From positions 64,001 through 128,000 of the IMG/VR virus record IMGVR_UViG_3300013121_000039: DNA of 64,000 nucleotides; one strand, 5' to 3'. A program made the translations under genes and the position numbers. Source of the DNA: a virus (Duplodnaviria; Caudoviricetes). Every line of letters begins with the position of its first letter. Position 1 is the first letter of the stretch. The notes under the pieces were generated by a model, which ran no database searches, had not been told where the DNA came from, and saw only the letters and a list, made by a program, of their open reading frames with translations. This document shows positions 9,086-18,785 of this stretch, in pieces.

Positions 9086-11080
9086 ATGCCCGGTTTCGAC
9101 CTGTCTCTTCCGCCCCCGTACTACCCCGAGAGTGAGTACGAGGCGCGGCAGTGGATGAATCACTTCCTCCAGTCCTACAAGCTGAACGACGGGAGCCTTG
9201 GCCTCGACTCCGAGACCAGCGGCATCGACAAGCGCAAGGACGTCGTCATCATCTGGTCGCTCTCGGACGGGGCGAACCGGATCTGCCTCCCAGCCAAGTT
9301 CCTCCAGCTCTACCGCGAGCCGATCCTGGAGAACCCAGAGATCGCGCTCGACCTGACCAACGCCAAGTTCGACGCCCACATGTTCGCCAACACGGGCGTG
9401 GACATCTCGAAGGCTGGGCCCTGGCGCGACACCATCGTCCAGAGCTTCCTCATCGACGAGAACCGGCAGGGGCGGCACGGTCTCAAGGAGACTGTCCACG
9501 ACTTCCTCGGCCGCAGCCCTCCTACCTTCGTCGAGATCTTCGGCAAGGTCCCCACGGCCAAGAAGGGCCAGGTCAGGAAGACCACTGGCGAGCTCATCTA
9601 CGAGGCGCTCGCTGACCCGGAGAAGAAGGAGAAGGCCATCGACTACGCGTCGATGGACGCGTACAACACGACGACGCTCCGGCGCTGGTTCGACCAGCAG
9701 CTCGCGCAGATCTACATGTACGAGGGGCGCAACCTCTTCGACTTCTACCACCAGGTCGAGGTGCCCTTCACGAAGGTGCTCTGGAAGATGGAGCGCCGCG
9801 GCTTCCAGATCGACCCGGTCTACCTGTGGGCTCTCAAGGAGCCCATGGAAGCCAAGATGCAGGAGATCGAGCGCGAGTTCGCCAAGGCCTATGGCCAGCT
9901 CATCAACCTCCGCTCGACCAACGCCGTCCGAGACTTCTTCTTCGGGTTCCTCGGCAAGCAAGCCATCAAGATGACGGATGGCGGGACCACGGGGAACGTG
10001 CAGCCCTCAGTCGACGCCGAAGTCCTGGAGGAGTGGGCCGGCCAGGGCGACGGGTGGGCGAAGCTGCTCCTGGAGCATCGAGGCGTCTCCAAGATCTACG
10101 GCACCTACGTCATGGGGCTCATGGATCTGCTCGACGCGCGGTTCAGGGTCCACACCTCGCTCAACCAGATCGGGGCCCAGTCCGGCCGCCTATCCTCGTC
10201 CGACCCCAACCTCCAGAACATCCCGGCCGCACGCGAAGACCAGTTCAAGATCCGGGAAGCCTTCATCGCCTCGAAGGGCAAGAAGCTCATCGTCGCCGAC
10301 TACGCGCAGTTGGAGATGCGCCTCATGGCGCACTTCTCCGGCGACGAGAAGATGATCAAGGCCATCATCGACGGCATCGACCTGCACTGCTTCACGGTGT
10401 CGGAGATGTACGGCATCCCGTACGAGGAGGTCATCGGCGCCGTCAAGCACGAGAAGAAGTTCAAGAACGGCGACACCACCGAGCCTCTCTCGCAGCGTGA
10501 GGAGGAGCTCCTCATCTACCGGCAGGCCGCCAAGGCCACCGGCTTCGGCATCATCTACGGCATCGGCGGCCCGCGGCTCGCGGCCCAGCTCACCAAGATG
10601 GGGTCGAAGGTCTACTCGCCCGAGGAGGGCTACAAGCTCATCGACAAGTGGTTCGGCGTCTTCCCTGGCGTCCGGGTCTACATCGAGGACCAGAAGAACA
10701 AGATGCGGATGTTCGGCGCGGTCCAGACCCTGACCGGCCGCCTCCGCCGTGCTGGCGACATCGCCAACATGTCGAAGAAGGATGCCGGCCAGACCGAGCG
10801 CACCCTCATCAACGCCACCATCCAGGGGTCTGCGGCCGACATCGCCAAGTCGGCCATGCTCCAGGCGGACTGCGACGCAGTGCTCCTGTCCTGTGGCGCA
10901 GCGATGCTCCTCCAGGTCCACGACGAGCTCATCTTCGAGGTGGACGACGACGAGGAGAAGGTGAAGACGGCCAAGGCGCGCCTCAAGGAGATCATGGAGA
11001 ACCCGTTCCCCGGCCAGTCGCTCCGGGTGCCGCTGCCGGCCGAGGTCGGCGACGCGTACACCTGGGCGGCCGCCAAGTAG
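9086..11080 (+). CDS. polA: DNA polymerase family A (3'-5' exonuclease + polymerase)
   Basis: DSETSG ExoI, NAKFD ExoII, YASMD ExoIII, SGRLSSSDPNLQNIP, ADYAQLEMR, KATGFGIIYG, QVHDEL. Confidence 0.95.
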   Translation: MPGFDLSLPPPYYPESEYEARQWMNHFLQSYKLNDGSLGLDSETSGIDKRKDVVIIWSLSDGANRICLPAKFLQLYREPILENPEIALDLTNAKFDAHMFANTGVDISKAGPWRDTIVQSFLIDENRQGRHGLKETVHDFLGRSPPTFVEIFGKVPTAKKGQVRKTTGELIYEALADPEKKEKAIDYASMDAYNTTTLRRWFDQQLAQIYMYEGRNLFDFYHQVEVPFTKVLWKMERRGFQIDPVYLWALKEPMEAKMQEIEREFAKAYGQLINLRSTNAVRDFFFGFLGKQAIKMTDGGTTGNVQPSVDAEVLEEWAGQGDGWAKLLLEHRGVSKIYGTYVMGLMDLLDARFRVHTSLNQIGAQSGRLSSSDPNLQNIPAAREDQFKIREAFIASKGKKLIVADYAQLEMRLMAHFSGDEKMIKAIIDGIDLHCFTVSEMYGIPYEEVIGAVKHEKKFKNGDTTEPLSQREEELLIYRQAAKATGFGIIYGIGGPRLAAQLTKMGSKVYSPEEGYKLIDKWFGVFPGVRVYIEDQKNKMRMFGAVQTLTGRLRRAGDIANMSKKDAGQTERTLINATIQGSAADIAKSAMLQADCDAVLLSCGAAMLLQVHDELIFEVDDDEEKVKTAKARLKEIMENPFPGQSLRVPLPAEVGDAYTWAAAK

Positions 11081-11090
11081 GAGAGACACC

Positions 11091-11825
11091 ATGGGCTGCG
11101 ACATCCACTTCAGAGTCGAGAAGAAGGTCAAGGGGGTCTGGAAGGAGGTCCCAGGCCCTATGCGGACGTGCTTCGGCTGCGACGGAGACGGCAAGAAGCG
11201 GGACCAGGACGGAACGGTCACCGAGGAGAAGTGCTACTGGTGCAAGGGGCACGGTCGCCGGCGAGAGGAGTTCTACGAGGGTCGGAACTACCAGCTCTTC
11301 TCCATCCTCGCAGGCGTCCGTGACTACGGCGGGGTGAAGCCGATCAAGAAGCCGAAGGGCTTCCCGCGAGACGCCTCGGACACGGTGAAGAGGCGCTACA
11401 GGGGCTGGGGCGGGGACGCCCACTCGCCCTCCTGGTACAGCCTGAAGGAGATGCGCGACTTCGACTGGAGCCAGAAGGCCGGCTTCGTCGCAGGCATCAT
11501 CACCATCAAGCAGTTCAAGGAGCTGAAGGAGTCTGGCAAGGAGCCGGAGTCCTACTGCCAGGGCATCGGCGGCCCCAACATCCGGGTGGTCGACGAGGGC
11601 TGGGCCCAGGAGCAGCTCCTCGTCGAGAAGATCTCCCTGAAGGAAGGGGAGAAGTCCGTCTTCGAGGACGGGGTGAACTACCACGTGCGCGCCGCGTGGG
11701 GGAAGCCGTACAAGGACATGGCCGACAAGTCCTTCCTCAAGGTGCTCGACGAGATGGAGGCCATCGCCAAGAAGGCCAAGCTCAAGCAGGACCAGATCCG
11801 CATGGTCTTCTGGTTCGACAACTAG
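11091..11825 (+). CDS. Conserved-looking phage protein (MGCDIH...VFWFDN) with CxxCxGxG zinc-finger insert
   Basis: Terminal motifs; CFGCDGDG and CYWCKGHG. Confidence 0.7.
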   Translation: MGCDIHFRVEKKVKGVWKEVPGPMRTCFGCDGDGKKRDQDGTVTEEKCYWCKGHGRRREEFYEGRNYQLFSILAGVRDYGGVKPIKKPKGFPRDASDTVKRRYRGWGGDAHSPSWYSLKEMRDFDWSQKAGFVAGIITIKQFKELKESGKEPESYCQGIGGPNIRVVDEGWAQEQLLVEKISLKEGEKSVFEDGVNYHVRAAWGKPYKDMADKSFLKVLDEMEAIAKKAKLKQDQIRMVFWFDN

Positions 11826-11834
11826 GAGGGGCAG

Positions 11835-12110
11835 ATGCCCAGGTACGAGGAAGAGAAGCTCCGACTCATCGCAGGAGAAGCACTCGGGGAGCTCATGCGC
11901 GCCACGGAGCTCCACGGCCCGATGCGCAGCGGGCACGAGGGCTACGCGGTCCTCAAGGAGGAGGTCGACGAGCTCTGGGAGATGATCAAGGTGAACCCCA
12001 AGAAGCTCACCGAGATCCAGAAGGCGGAGCTCAAGCTGAAGATCCGTGAGGAGGCCATCCAGGTTGCTGCGATGGGCATGCGGTTCGTCCTGGATGTCTG
12101 CGGCCCGTGA
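11835..12110 (+). CDS. MazG-like all-alpha NTP pyrophosphohydrolase
   Basis: HEGYAVLKEEVDELW...EEAIQVAAM pattern. Confidence 0.5.
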   Translation: MPRYEEEKLRLIAGEALGELMRATELHGPMRSGHEGYAVLKEEVDELWEMIKVNPKKLTEIQKAELKLKIREEAIQVAAMGMRFVLDVCGP

Positions 12111-12403
12111 CCTTCACGGAGCTCATCGCCGCGGTGGCGAAGGACTCCAAGCTGCCACGTCATGTGGTGGCCGGAGTCCTTCGCTCCTTCATCAAGGTCT
12201 CCACCGCCGCCCTGGTGTCAGGGCGGGACGTTAAGCTGCGGTCGTTCGGCTCCTTCTACACAGTGGTGCCGAAGAGAAAGCCGCTGTTCGGTGGGCGCCG
12301 TTCCCCAAGAGGACACCCAGTCATCCGCTTCAAGGAGAGCCGCCATGGAGAAGTACGGAGTCGAGTTCGACCAGGAGAAGACGAAGACGTCGGGGAAGGG
12401 TGA
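12107..12403 (+). CDS. HU/IHF-like DNA-binding protein
   Basis: TFTELIAAVA...GRDVKLRSFGSF signature. Confidence 0.75.
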   Translation: MTFTELIAAVAKDSKLPRHVVAGVLRSFIKVSTAALVSGRDVKLRSFGSFYTVVPKRKPLFGGRRSPRGHPVIRFKESRHGEVRSRVRPGEDEDVGEG

Positions 12404-12503
12404 CACCTGCCCGAAGTGCGGGCTGGCCATCGACCCCGCCACGCCCCGGTACTGCAAGACGTGCGGCACCGAGCCCTTCGAGAAGAAGCCGGACACCAAG
12501 TAG
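12345..12503 (+). CDS. Small zinc-ribbon protein
   Basis: AAGGAG RBS; CPKC...CKTC. Confidence 0.6.
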   Translation: MEKYGVEFDQEKTKTSGKGDTCPKCGLAIDPATPRYCKTCGTEPFEKKPDTK

Positions 12504-12527
12504 TCCCCACTCCGAGAAAGGTACGCC

Positions 12528-13805
12528 ATGGCCGTGAAGAAGGGCGGCGCAGCGCCAGCTGCGCCCAAGAAGGGTCTGTCGCGTAGTGATCGTGCCGCCG
12601 CAGTCGTGGAGTGGACCAACGACAAGATGAAGGGGCACGCCCAGGTCAAGGTGGCATCGGAGTACGTGCTGCCCTTCATGACGAAGAGGCTGCCGACCGG
12701 GCTCCTCTCCCTCGACGTGGAGCTCGGAGGCGGCTTCCCCGCCGGCGGCATCTCCCAGATCGTCGGAGCCAAGAACGCCGGGAAGAGCTACATCGCCTGG
12801 CAGGTGGCCAGACAGCAGCAGTTCTACAAGGGCGACGACTTCATGTGCCTGCTCGCCATGACCGAGATGCGTGCCGACCGCACGCAGGCCAAGCGTGCAG
12901 GAGTCGCCATCTCCCTCGGCGACGACGACATCATCTCCCTGGAGAAGGCCCGGGTGGACCAGGGCCTCGCCAAGTTCTCGAAGGAGGAGCTGTCCTCTCT
13001 GCGCCACGAGGTTGGCACCTTCCACGAGGTCCACGCCACCAGTGCAGAGAAGCTCTTCGACGTGCTCCTCAAGGCCGTCGCGGACAACGCCTACCATCTC
13101 GTCATCCTCGACTCCTTCGGCTCGATCATGAGCGCGGCCGAGTCCGAGGTGAAGACGCTGAACGACAAGACCTACGGCGGAGCCTCAGGCCCCATCTCGC
13201 AGTTCCTGAAGCACCTCACCTCCCTGCTGACCATGGACGACGGCACCGGGAACGCCAGGGACGTCTGCATCCTCGGCATCAACCAGATCCGCGACGCCAT
13301 CGGTGATCCCAACCTGGAGTACCGCTCTCCCGGCGGCAAGGCTCTGGAGCACGCCAAGTTCGTCGACCTCCTGCTGCGCTCCGGCGCCGCCCAGGGGTAC
13401 GAGGACAGCATCTACACCTCGAACGGCACGAAGAAGCGCTTCATCCAGACCGGGAAGGAAGTGAACTGGAAGATCGTGAAGGGCAAGGCCGGCATCCACG
13501 AAGGCGGGACCGGCAGCTACATCTTCGACTTCCGCACCGCCCAGGGCGACTTCTACACCGACACGCTGGTGGCCGGCGTCCGCAGCGGCGTCATCACGCA
13601 GTCCGGGGCGTGGCTCGGCCTTCCCAACCCGACCGACCCCTCGAAGAACCTCCTCTACGCCCAGGGTAAGGACAAGTTCCTGACCGCCCTCGCCGAGGAT
13701 GCCATGAAGTGCGCGCAGGAAGATCGGACCGACTCGCTGATGAACCACATCCGCAACGAGGTCTTCAAGAAGCACGGCATCTTCATCAACTACGACTGGG
13801 AGTGA
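12528..13805 (+). CDS. recA: RecA-family recombinase
   Basis: PTGLLSLDVELGGGFP, GAKNAGKS, VILDS, INQIR, PGGKALEH. Confidence 0.9.
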   Translation: MAVKKGGAAPAAPKKGLSRSDRAAAVVEWTNDKMKGHAQVKVASEYVLPFMTKRLPTGLLSLDVELGGGFPAGGISQIVGAKNAGKSYIAWQVARQQQFYKGDDFMCLLAMTEMRADRTQAKRAGVAISLGDDDIISLEKARVDQGLAKFSKEELSSLRHEVGTFHEVHATSAEKLFDVLLKAVADNAYHLVILDSFGSIMSAAESEVKTLNDKTYGGASGPISQFLKHLTSLLTMDDGTGNARDVCILGINQIRDAIGDPNLEYRSPGGKALEHAKFVDLLLRSGAAQGYEDSIYTSNGTKKRFIQTGKEVNWKIVKGKAGIHEGGTGSYIFDFRTAQGDFYTDTLVAGVRSGVITQSGAWLGLPNPTDPSKNLLYAQGKDKFLTALAEDAMKCAQEDRTDSLMNHIRNEVFKKHGIFINYDWE

Positions 13806-13808
13806 TGG

Positions 13809-14057
13809 ATGGCCAAGCTCCCCGACAAGCTGTTCAAGACCACCATCGTCATCTGGTCGGAGTACGACCCGAGCGCCAACAACATGGAGCTGGAGGATCT
13901 CGCTCGTGAGGCAACGGGCGGGGATGCCTACTGCTCCAAGCAGGAGGGGGAGTGGGTAGACCCGAGGATGGACGAGGCCTGGGACGGCTCCGAGTTCTTC
14001 GGTACCGACGACGGCGAGGAGGATGAGGATGGCGAAGAGCCGGCAGCAGAAGCGTAG
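13809..14057 (+). CDS. Acidic hypothetical protein
   Basis: ORF in operon. Confidence 0.6.
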   Translation: MAKLPDKLFKTTIVIWSEYDPSANNMELEDLAREATGGDAYCSKQEGEWVDPRMDEAWDGSEFFGTDDGEEDEDGEEPAAEA

Positions 14058-14577
14058 TCGTCTGCAAGAGCGCCGCATCGCTGAAGAGGTGGGCGGCCGC
14101 ACGCAGGCCGGGTCCGGATCCTCCTGGTCAGCTAAGAGTGACGTTCGCAGCATGGGCAGGCTCCGCGTCGAAGCCAAGTTCACCGAGAAGGGGACCTACT
14201 CGCTGAAGCTGGCGGACTGGCTCAAGATCAAGGACGAGGCCATCAAGGGCGGGCTGGAGACCCCAGCCATGCAGATCGAGTTCATCCCGCCAGGGGCCGC
14301 CGGCACCTACAAGCTCGCGGTGATGAGCTACCAGCTCTTCCGGCACTGGCACGGCTTCTCCCAGGAGAAGACGCTCTTCGAGGCGGAGTTCTTCTGCACC
14401 GGGAAGCAGTTCACCATCGACTGGGTCGACGCCAGATCCCACTTCGTGAGCTCCATCGGCCGGGCCGGGCACGGAGTATGGCGGGTCGTCTTCGACCGAG
14501 GCCCGAACGAGCAGAAGGTCTCCCTCGCGCTCATCGAGTGGGACCTGTTCACCACCCTCCACGAGGAGCAGGAATGA
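14029..14577 (+). CDS. PD-(D/E)xK nuclease / Holliday junction resolvase-like
   Basis: QERRIA...GSGS...KSDV...VEAK motif. Confidence 0.7.
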   Translation: MAKSRQQKRSRLQERRIAEEVGGRTQAGSGSSWSAKSDVRSMGRLRVEAKFTEKGTYSLKLADWLKIKDEAIKGGLETPAMQIEFIPPGAAGTYKLAVMSYQLFRHWHGFSQEKTLFEAEFFCTGKQFTIDWVDARSHFVSSIGRAGHGVWRVVFDRGPNEQKVSLALIEWDLFTTLHEEQE

Positions 14578-14876
14578 CCTTCGACGAGATCATCAAGGAG
14601 ATCGCCTCCATCACCACCAGGGTCGAGAAGAAGACGATCCAGGAACTGGCGCTCAAGACCAGCGAGGAGGTCGGGGAGCTGGCCCAGGCCGTCCTCTCCG
14701 TCACCAGTGCCCCGGGCTGTCGCTACAAGCAGAAGACCTGGGACGACGTGGACGAGGAGGCGGTGGACGTCGTCATCTGCGCCTTCGCCACCGCGCTGAA
14801 GGGCGCGCCGGACCCGGAGCGGCTCAAGACCATCTTCGAGAGGAAGATGGCCAAGTGGAAGGAGAAGCTGGGATGA
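14574..14876 (+). CDS. MazG-like nucleotide pyrophosphohydrolase
   Basis: KTSEEVGELAQAV...EEAVDVVI...KMAKW. Confidence 0.75.
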   Translation: MTFDEIIKEIASITTRVEKKTIQELALKTSEEVGELAQAVLSVTSAPGCRYKQKTWDDVDEEAVDVVICAFATALKGAPDPERLKTIFERKMAKWKEKLG

Positions 14877-15736
14877 GCAGGCCCGTACTGCACCTTCACA
14901 CCATCGAGCAGTGGTACTCCGCGCCTGAGGGGGTCCGCGAGCTCGTGCTTCGGGCCCTCCGGGTCCGGGAACGGCTGTGGGCCTTTCGGCTCAAGCTGGA
15001 GCAGGAGAAGGTCGACCTGAAGGAGGCGAAGTGGATCCCGTGCGTGGAGTGTGACCAGACCGGGTGGAGGTGGAAGCACCCCCGCAAGCCTGGGATCCAC
15101 CCGTCCGCCATCTCGACCACACCGTGCCTCCTGAAGGTCTACTGGGAGGCGGTGGGGCGCGAGGCATCGGTCATGCACGAGGCCCGGGAGCTACTCATCT
15201 TCGACCTCGGGACCGCCGCGCACGACATGCTCCAGAGCTTCGGCATGGCCGGCGCCTGGGGGTCCTACTACAAGCCGGAGATCCCCATCGAGCAGACCCC
15301 ACTCGCCCAGCAGCTCGGGCTGGTGGGCCATGCAGACGCCGACAACATCATCGTCATCGAGGACATCGCGGACGCCCCCATCATCGAGGTGGGGGTGGTG
15401 CACGAGTACAAGTCGATCAACGACAAGGGCTTCGAGAGCCTGCGCGGGAAGCCGAAGCCGCAGCACACAACGCAGGCCACCATCTACTCGGGCTGCCTCA
15501 ATCGACCGCTCGTCGTCTACCTCTACTTCAACAAGAACAACTCCAACATCGTCGACTTCCCAGTGCCCTTCAACTACTCCGTCTGGGAGAACGTGGCCCA
15601 GAGGGCGATGGTGGTGAAGCAGGCACTCGAAGCGCAGGTCGAGCCCAAGGCAGAGGTGGGCTACCACTGCGGGCAGTGCCCGTACATCTACGGCTGTGAC
15701 GCCTACAAGGCGTCCAAGCAGAAGAAGGGAGCATGA
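14873..15736 (+). CDS. Cas4-like PD-(D/E)xK exonuclease
   Basis: HPSAI...C, GTAAH, GHAD, EYKS, QATIY, C-terminal CxxCxYxxxC. Confidence 0.8.
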   Translation: MSRPVLHLHTIEQWYSAPEGVRELVLRALRVRERLWAFRLKLEQEKVDLKEAKWIPCVECDQTGWRWKHPRKPGIHPSAISTTPCLLKVYWEAVGREASVMHEARELLIFDLGTAAHDMLQSFGMAGAWGSYYKPEIPIEQTPLAQQLGLVGHADADNIIVIEDIADAPIIEVGVVHEYKSINDKGFESLRGKPKPQHTTQATIYSGCLNRPLVVYLYFNKNNSNIVDFPVPFNYSVWENVAQRAMVVKQALEAQVEPKAEVGYHCGQCPYIYGCDAYKASKQKKGA

Positions 15737-15737
15737 C

Positions 15738-16319
15738 ATGATCGGCAGCCTCGTGGGCGTGCAGGCCATGGACGTGGAGCAGATCAAGCAGGCGCTCTCC
15801 GTCTCTGAGCAGGCGGCCCAAGCCGTGATCTCGAAGGGGTTCGTCTTCCCCGCCATCCCGCAGAACCAGAAGTACCACGGGGTTCTGCCCTCGAACCTCA
15901 TCTTCCTCGACGACAACAGCCTGGGAGACCTGCTCGGCGAGATCGCGACCTGGTGCAACTACGCCAACTCCGAGCTCGCCAAGGCCAGAGCGGCCAGGGA
16001 CGAGTCGGAGGAGAAGATGAAGTCGGTGGTCTCCCGGCTCCGGCTCAACGTGAAGATGGTGACGGAGGGGAGGAAGCCGTCCAATCCGGAGATGGACGAC
16101 ATCGTCAACTCCGACCAGCGCACCATCGACGTGAAGAGGAACTACCTCTTCTGCCTCGCGGTCTACGACTACACCAAGCAGCTCGTGGACGCGGCCCAGC
16201 GCGACTGGGAGACTGTCTCCCGCCGCATCACCCAGCGCGGCCAGGAGATCGAGCGGCACAAGCGGACCGAGGGCGCCGGGACCGTGCCCGTCATGGCTGG
16301 CGCCTTCAGGAGGCCGTGA
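15738..16319 (+). CDS. Helical protein, possibly UvsY-like recombination mediator
   Basis: Coiled-coil, C-terminal VSRRITQR, recombination gene context. Confidence 0.45.
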   Translation: MIGSLVGVQAMDVEQIKQALSVSEQAAQAVISKGFVFPAIPQNQKYHGVLPSNLIFLDDNSLGDLLGEIATWCNYANSELAKARAARDESEEKMKSVVSRLRLNVKMVTEGRKPSNPEMDDIVNSDQRTIDVKRNYLFCLAVYDYTKQLVDAAQRDWETVSRRITQRGQEIERHKRTEGAGTVPVMAGAFRRP

Positions 16320-16987
16320 TGGGGAAGATCATCGGCATCATGGGCCAGGCGCGGGCAGGGAAGGACTCCATCGCTGCCTACCTGGCCGAGAACTACAACG
16401 CAGTCCGCCTCGGCCTCGCAGACCCCATGAAGCGCTTCTGCAAGGAGGTCTTCGACTTCTCCGACGAGCAGCTCTACGGGGACCAGCGAGACGTTTTCGA
16501 CATCCGGTACAAGCGCCTCTCCAAGACCAAGGCCGGGCTCCCGGTCTCTGCCACCAACCTCACGGCAAGGTACGCCCTCCAGACGCTCGGCACGGAGTGG
16601 GGCCGGAACTGCTACGAGAACGTCTGGATCGACTACGGCATCCGTGTCGCGCAGGAGCTGCTCCGAGATCCGTACCGCCGCTACACGGTGGAGCAGGGGC
16701 TGTACCTCGGAGCCAGCCCTCGCCCGACTGCCGGCGTCGTCTTCTCCGACCTGCGCTTCCGCAACGAGTTCGAGGCGGTGAAGAAGGCAGGAGGCTTCCT
16801 GGTCCGGGTCTACCGCCCAGGGGCAGACGGGGAGACGGCCGGGGTGTCCAAGCACGCCTCGGAGGAGGAGCAGAAGACCATCAAGGACGAGGAGTTCGAC
16901 CTCATCCTCCGCAACAACGACACCCTCTCGCACCTCCACATGCTCGTGCGAGAGGAGCTCGCCCCGAGGGTCGGTCTCCTCCCATGA
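16319..16987 (+). CDS. Deoxynucleoside monophosphate kinase
   Basis: IIGIMGQARAGKD, LADPMK, RYALQTLGTEWGR, SDLRFRNE, HASE. Confidence 0.88.
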   Translation: MGKIIGIMGQARAGKDSIAAYLAENYNAVRLGLADPMKRFCKEVFDFSDEQLYGDQRDVFDIRYKRLSKTKAGLPVSATNLTARYALQTLGTEWGRNCYENVWIDYGIRVAQELLRDPYRRYTVEQGLYLGASPRPTAGVVFSDLRFRNEFEAVKKAGGFLVRVYRPGADGETAGVSKHASEEEQKTIKDEEFDLILRNNDTLSHLHMLVREELAPRVGLLP

Positions 16988-17367
16988 GGACGGACAACCC
17001 CTATGACTCTCCGCGAGTGCTTCGAGCCGTTCTCGAAGAGATCATAGAGCGCCTCCAGGTCGGGTTCGAATCCTTGAGGTTCGACCCGGCCTTTCTTCAA
17101 CTGCTCCAGAATGCCGCCGACCAGTACTGCTGGGCCATCGCGTACAGAGGGGTACCTCTCCTCCGGCTCATCACCATCGAGGCGAGCCTCTCCACTACCG
17201 AGGAAGGGGTGGTGAACTTCACCTTCCGCCCCCGGTCGGAAGATGGTCGGTGGCTGCTGGAGAAGATGGACCTCGTGGAGAAGGCCCCAGAGCTGCCGAC
17301 CGTGAAGGAGATCCACGAGAAGGCTGAGGCGCAGGGCATCAAGATCACCCGCATCGTGGAGATCTAG
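16984..17367 (+). CDS. Hypothetical protein
   Basis: ATGA-coupled ORF. Confidence 0.55.
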   Translation: MRTDNPYDSPRVLRAVLEEIIERLQVGFESLRFDPAFLQLLQNAADQYCWAIAYRGVPLLRLITIEASLSTTEEGVVNFTFRPRSEDGRWLLEKMDLVEKAPELPTVKEIHEKAEAQGIKITRIVEI

Positions 17368-17368
17368 C

Positions 17369-17572
17369 GTGAGAGGGCGACTGGCCTTCATTGGCAAGAA
17401 GCTGAAGCACGTCTGGCTCCGGATCAGGTTCGGCACCATCACCGCCAAAGTCACAGGCACTGCGGGGGACAATGTCCCCGCGGAGATCGAGTTCTACGGA
17501 CGAGGTGGGAAGCTGATCGGCTTCTGGGCCTACGGCTCGTTCCATCCCAAGTTCCCCTACCAGGGAGAGTGA
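17369..17572 (+). CDS. Hypothetical protein
   Basis: ORF in operon. Confidence 0.5.
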   Translation: MRGRLAFIGKKLKHVWLRIRFGTITAKVTGTAGDNVPAEIEFYGRGGKLIGFWAYGSFHPKFPYQGE

Positions 17573-17573
17573 C

Positions 17574-17804
17574 ATGGACCGCGACGCCAACCGCGGGCTG
17601 TATCAGAAGTACATCGTGAAGCGTGCCGACGGCAGTCACCGGCGCGGACAGAAGCACGAACGCTGCAAGTACTTCGTGCTCGACCTCATCCACGACAAGT
17701 TCGCCGCGCCGGCCCTCTTGGCCTACGCCCTGGCGTGCGAGTCCACCTACCCCGAGCTCTCTCGGGACCTCAAGCACATCGTCAAGACGATGGGAGGAGT
17801 CTGA
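17574..17804 (+). CDS. Small conserved-looking phage protein
   Basis: GLYxKY...YFVLDLxHDxFAxxALxAYA pattern. Confidence 0.65.
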   Translation: MDRDANRGLYQKYIVKRADGSHRRGQKHERCKYFVLDLIHDKFAAPALLAYALACESTYPELSRDLKHIVKTMGGV

Positions 17805-17806
17805 CC

Positions 17807-18751
17807 ATGGAGAAGGGTTTCACCCAGAAGATCCTGGACCACGGCTACGTGAAGTTCATCGACAGCATGGGCACCGACGAGACCATCGTCGAGGCGGCGC
17901 GCATGTCCACCAACAAGGGCTTCATCTCGTGGGAGCCCTACCGCGAGTGCTCGAAGTGCGGGCGGGTCGAGGCCCCGCTGATCGACCTCCCGAACTTCTT
18001 CGCAGGCGCCAAGGACTGCGAGCACAAGTGGGTGGAGAAGCCAGACGGCGACACCGGCTTCCTGGAGTTCCTCCTGGAGAACCGCCACACCTCGCCCTTC
18101 GAGCAGGTGGAGCTGGCCATCGAGGTGCAGGCGCCCATCTTCGTCTACCGCGAGTGGCACCGGCACCGGACCCAGTCCTACAACGAGCTCTCGGCGCGCT
18201 ACACGCAGATGCCGAACCTGCACTACGTCCCCGACGCCAGCCGGCTCAAGGCGGTGGCGTCGGCGAACAAGCAGGAGGCCAGCGTCGGCGACGGCTTCGC
18301 GGACCCGGACACGGCTCTCGAAGAGATCATGGCCGAGCAGCAGCGCATCTACGACAACTACGAGGACATGCTGAAGCACGGGGTCCCGAAGGAGATCGCC
18401 CGGGTCAACACCCCCGTATCCCGCTACTCGCGGATGCGCGCCAAGACGGACATCTGGAACTGGCTCCACTTCCTGAACCTCCGCATGCGCCCCAACGCCA
18501 TGTGGGAGATCCGCCAGTTCGCCAACGCGGTGGCCGCCATCATCGAGGAGCAGTTCCCGAAGACCTACTGGCTCTTCGAGGAGTACATGCTCCACGCCCA
18601 GAGCTTCAGCCGCACCGAGATGAAGGTGCTGCGGAAGTTCTTCGCCACCCGGATGCAGCTCGACGGCCTCACGGACCTCATGGCGGGTGAGGTCGAGTCC
18701 AGGCCGAACGCCGTGAAGCGCGTTCGGACGCTCCTCGAAAAGCTCAAGTAG
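17807..18751 (+). CDS. thyX: Flavin-dependent thymidylate synthase
   Basis: HTSPFE, RHRTQSYNELSARY signature, FLNLR, WEIR. Confidence 0.93.
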   Translation: MEKGFTQKILDHGYVKFIDSMGTDETIVEAARMSTNKGFISWEPYRECSKCGRVEAPLIDLPNFFAGAKDCEHKWVEKPDGDTGFLEFLLENRHTSPFEQVELAIEVQAPIFVYREWHRHRTQSYNELSARYTQMPNLHYVPDASRLKAVASANKQEASVGDGFADPDTALEEIMAEQQRIYDNYEDMLKHGVPKEIARVNTPVSRYSRMRAKTDIWNWLHFLNLRMRPNAMWEIRQFANAVAAIIEEQFPKTYWLFEEYMLHAQSFSRTEMKVLRKFFATRMQLDGLTDLMAGEVESRPNAVKRVRTLLEKLK

Positions 18752-18785
18752 AGGACGCCATAAGAGAGGTGGAGGAACTCTTAGC

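Noticed and set aside
9086-11080. Intein or intron in PolA, RecA, DnaB or ThyX
   Set aside because: Protein lengths are normal, motifs are contiguous and no intein splice motifs are seen.
14873-15736. Cas4-like gene as evidence of a CRISPR system
   Set aside because: No repeat-spacer array or other cas genes seen; stand-alone Cas4-like nucleases are common in phage recombination modules.
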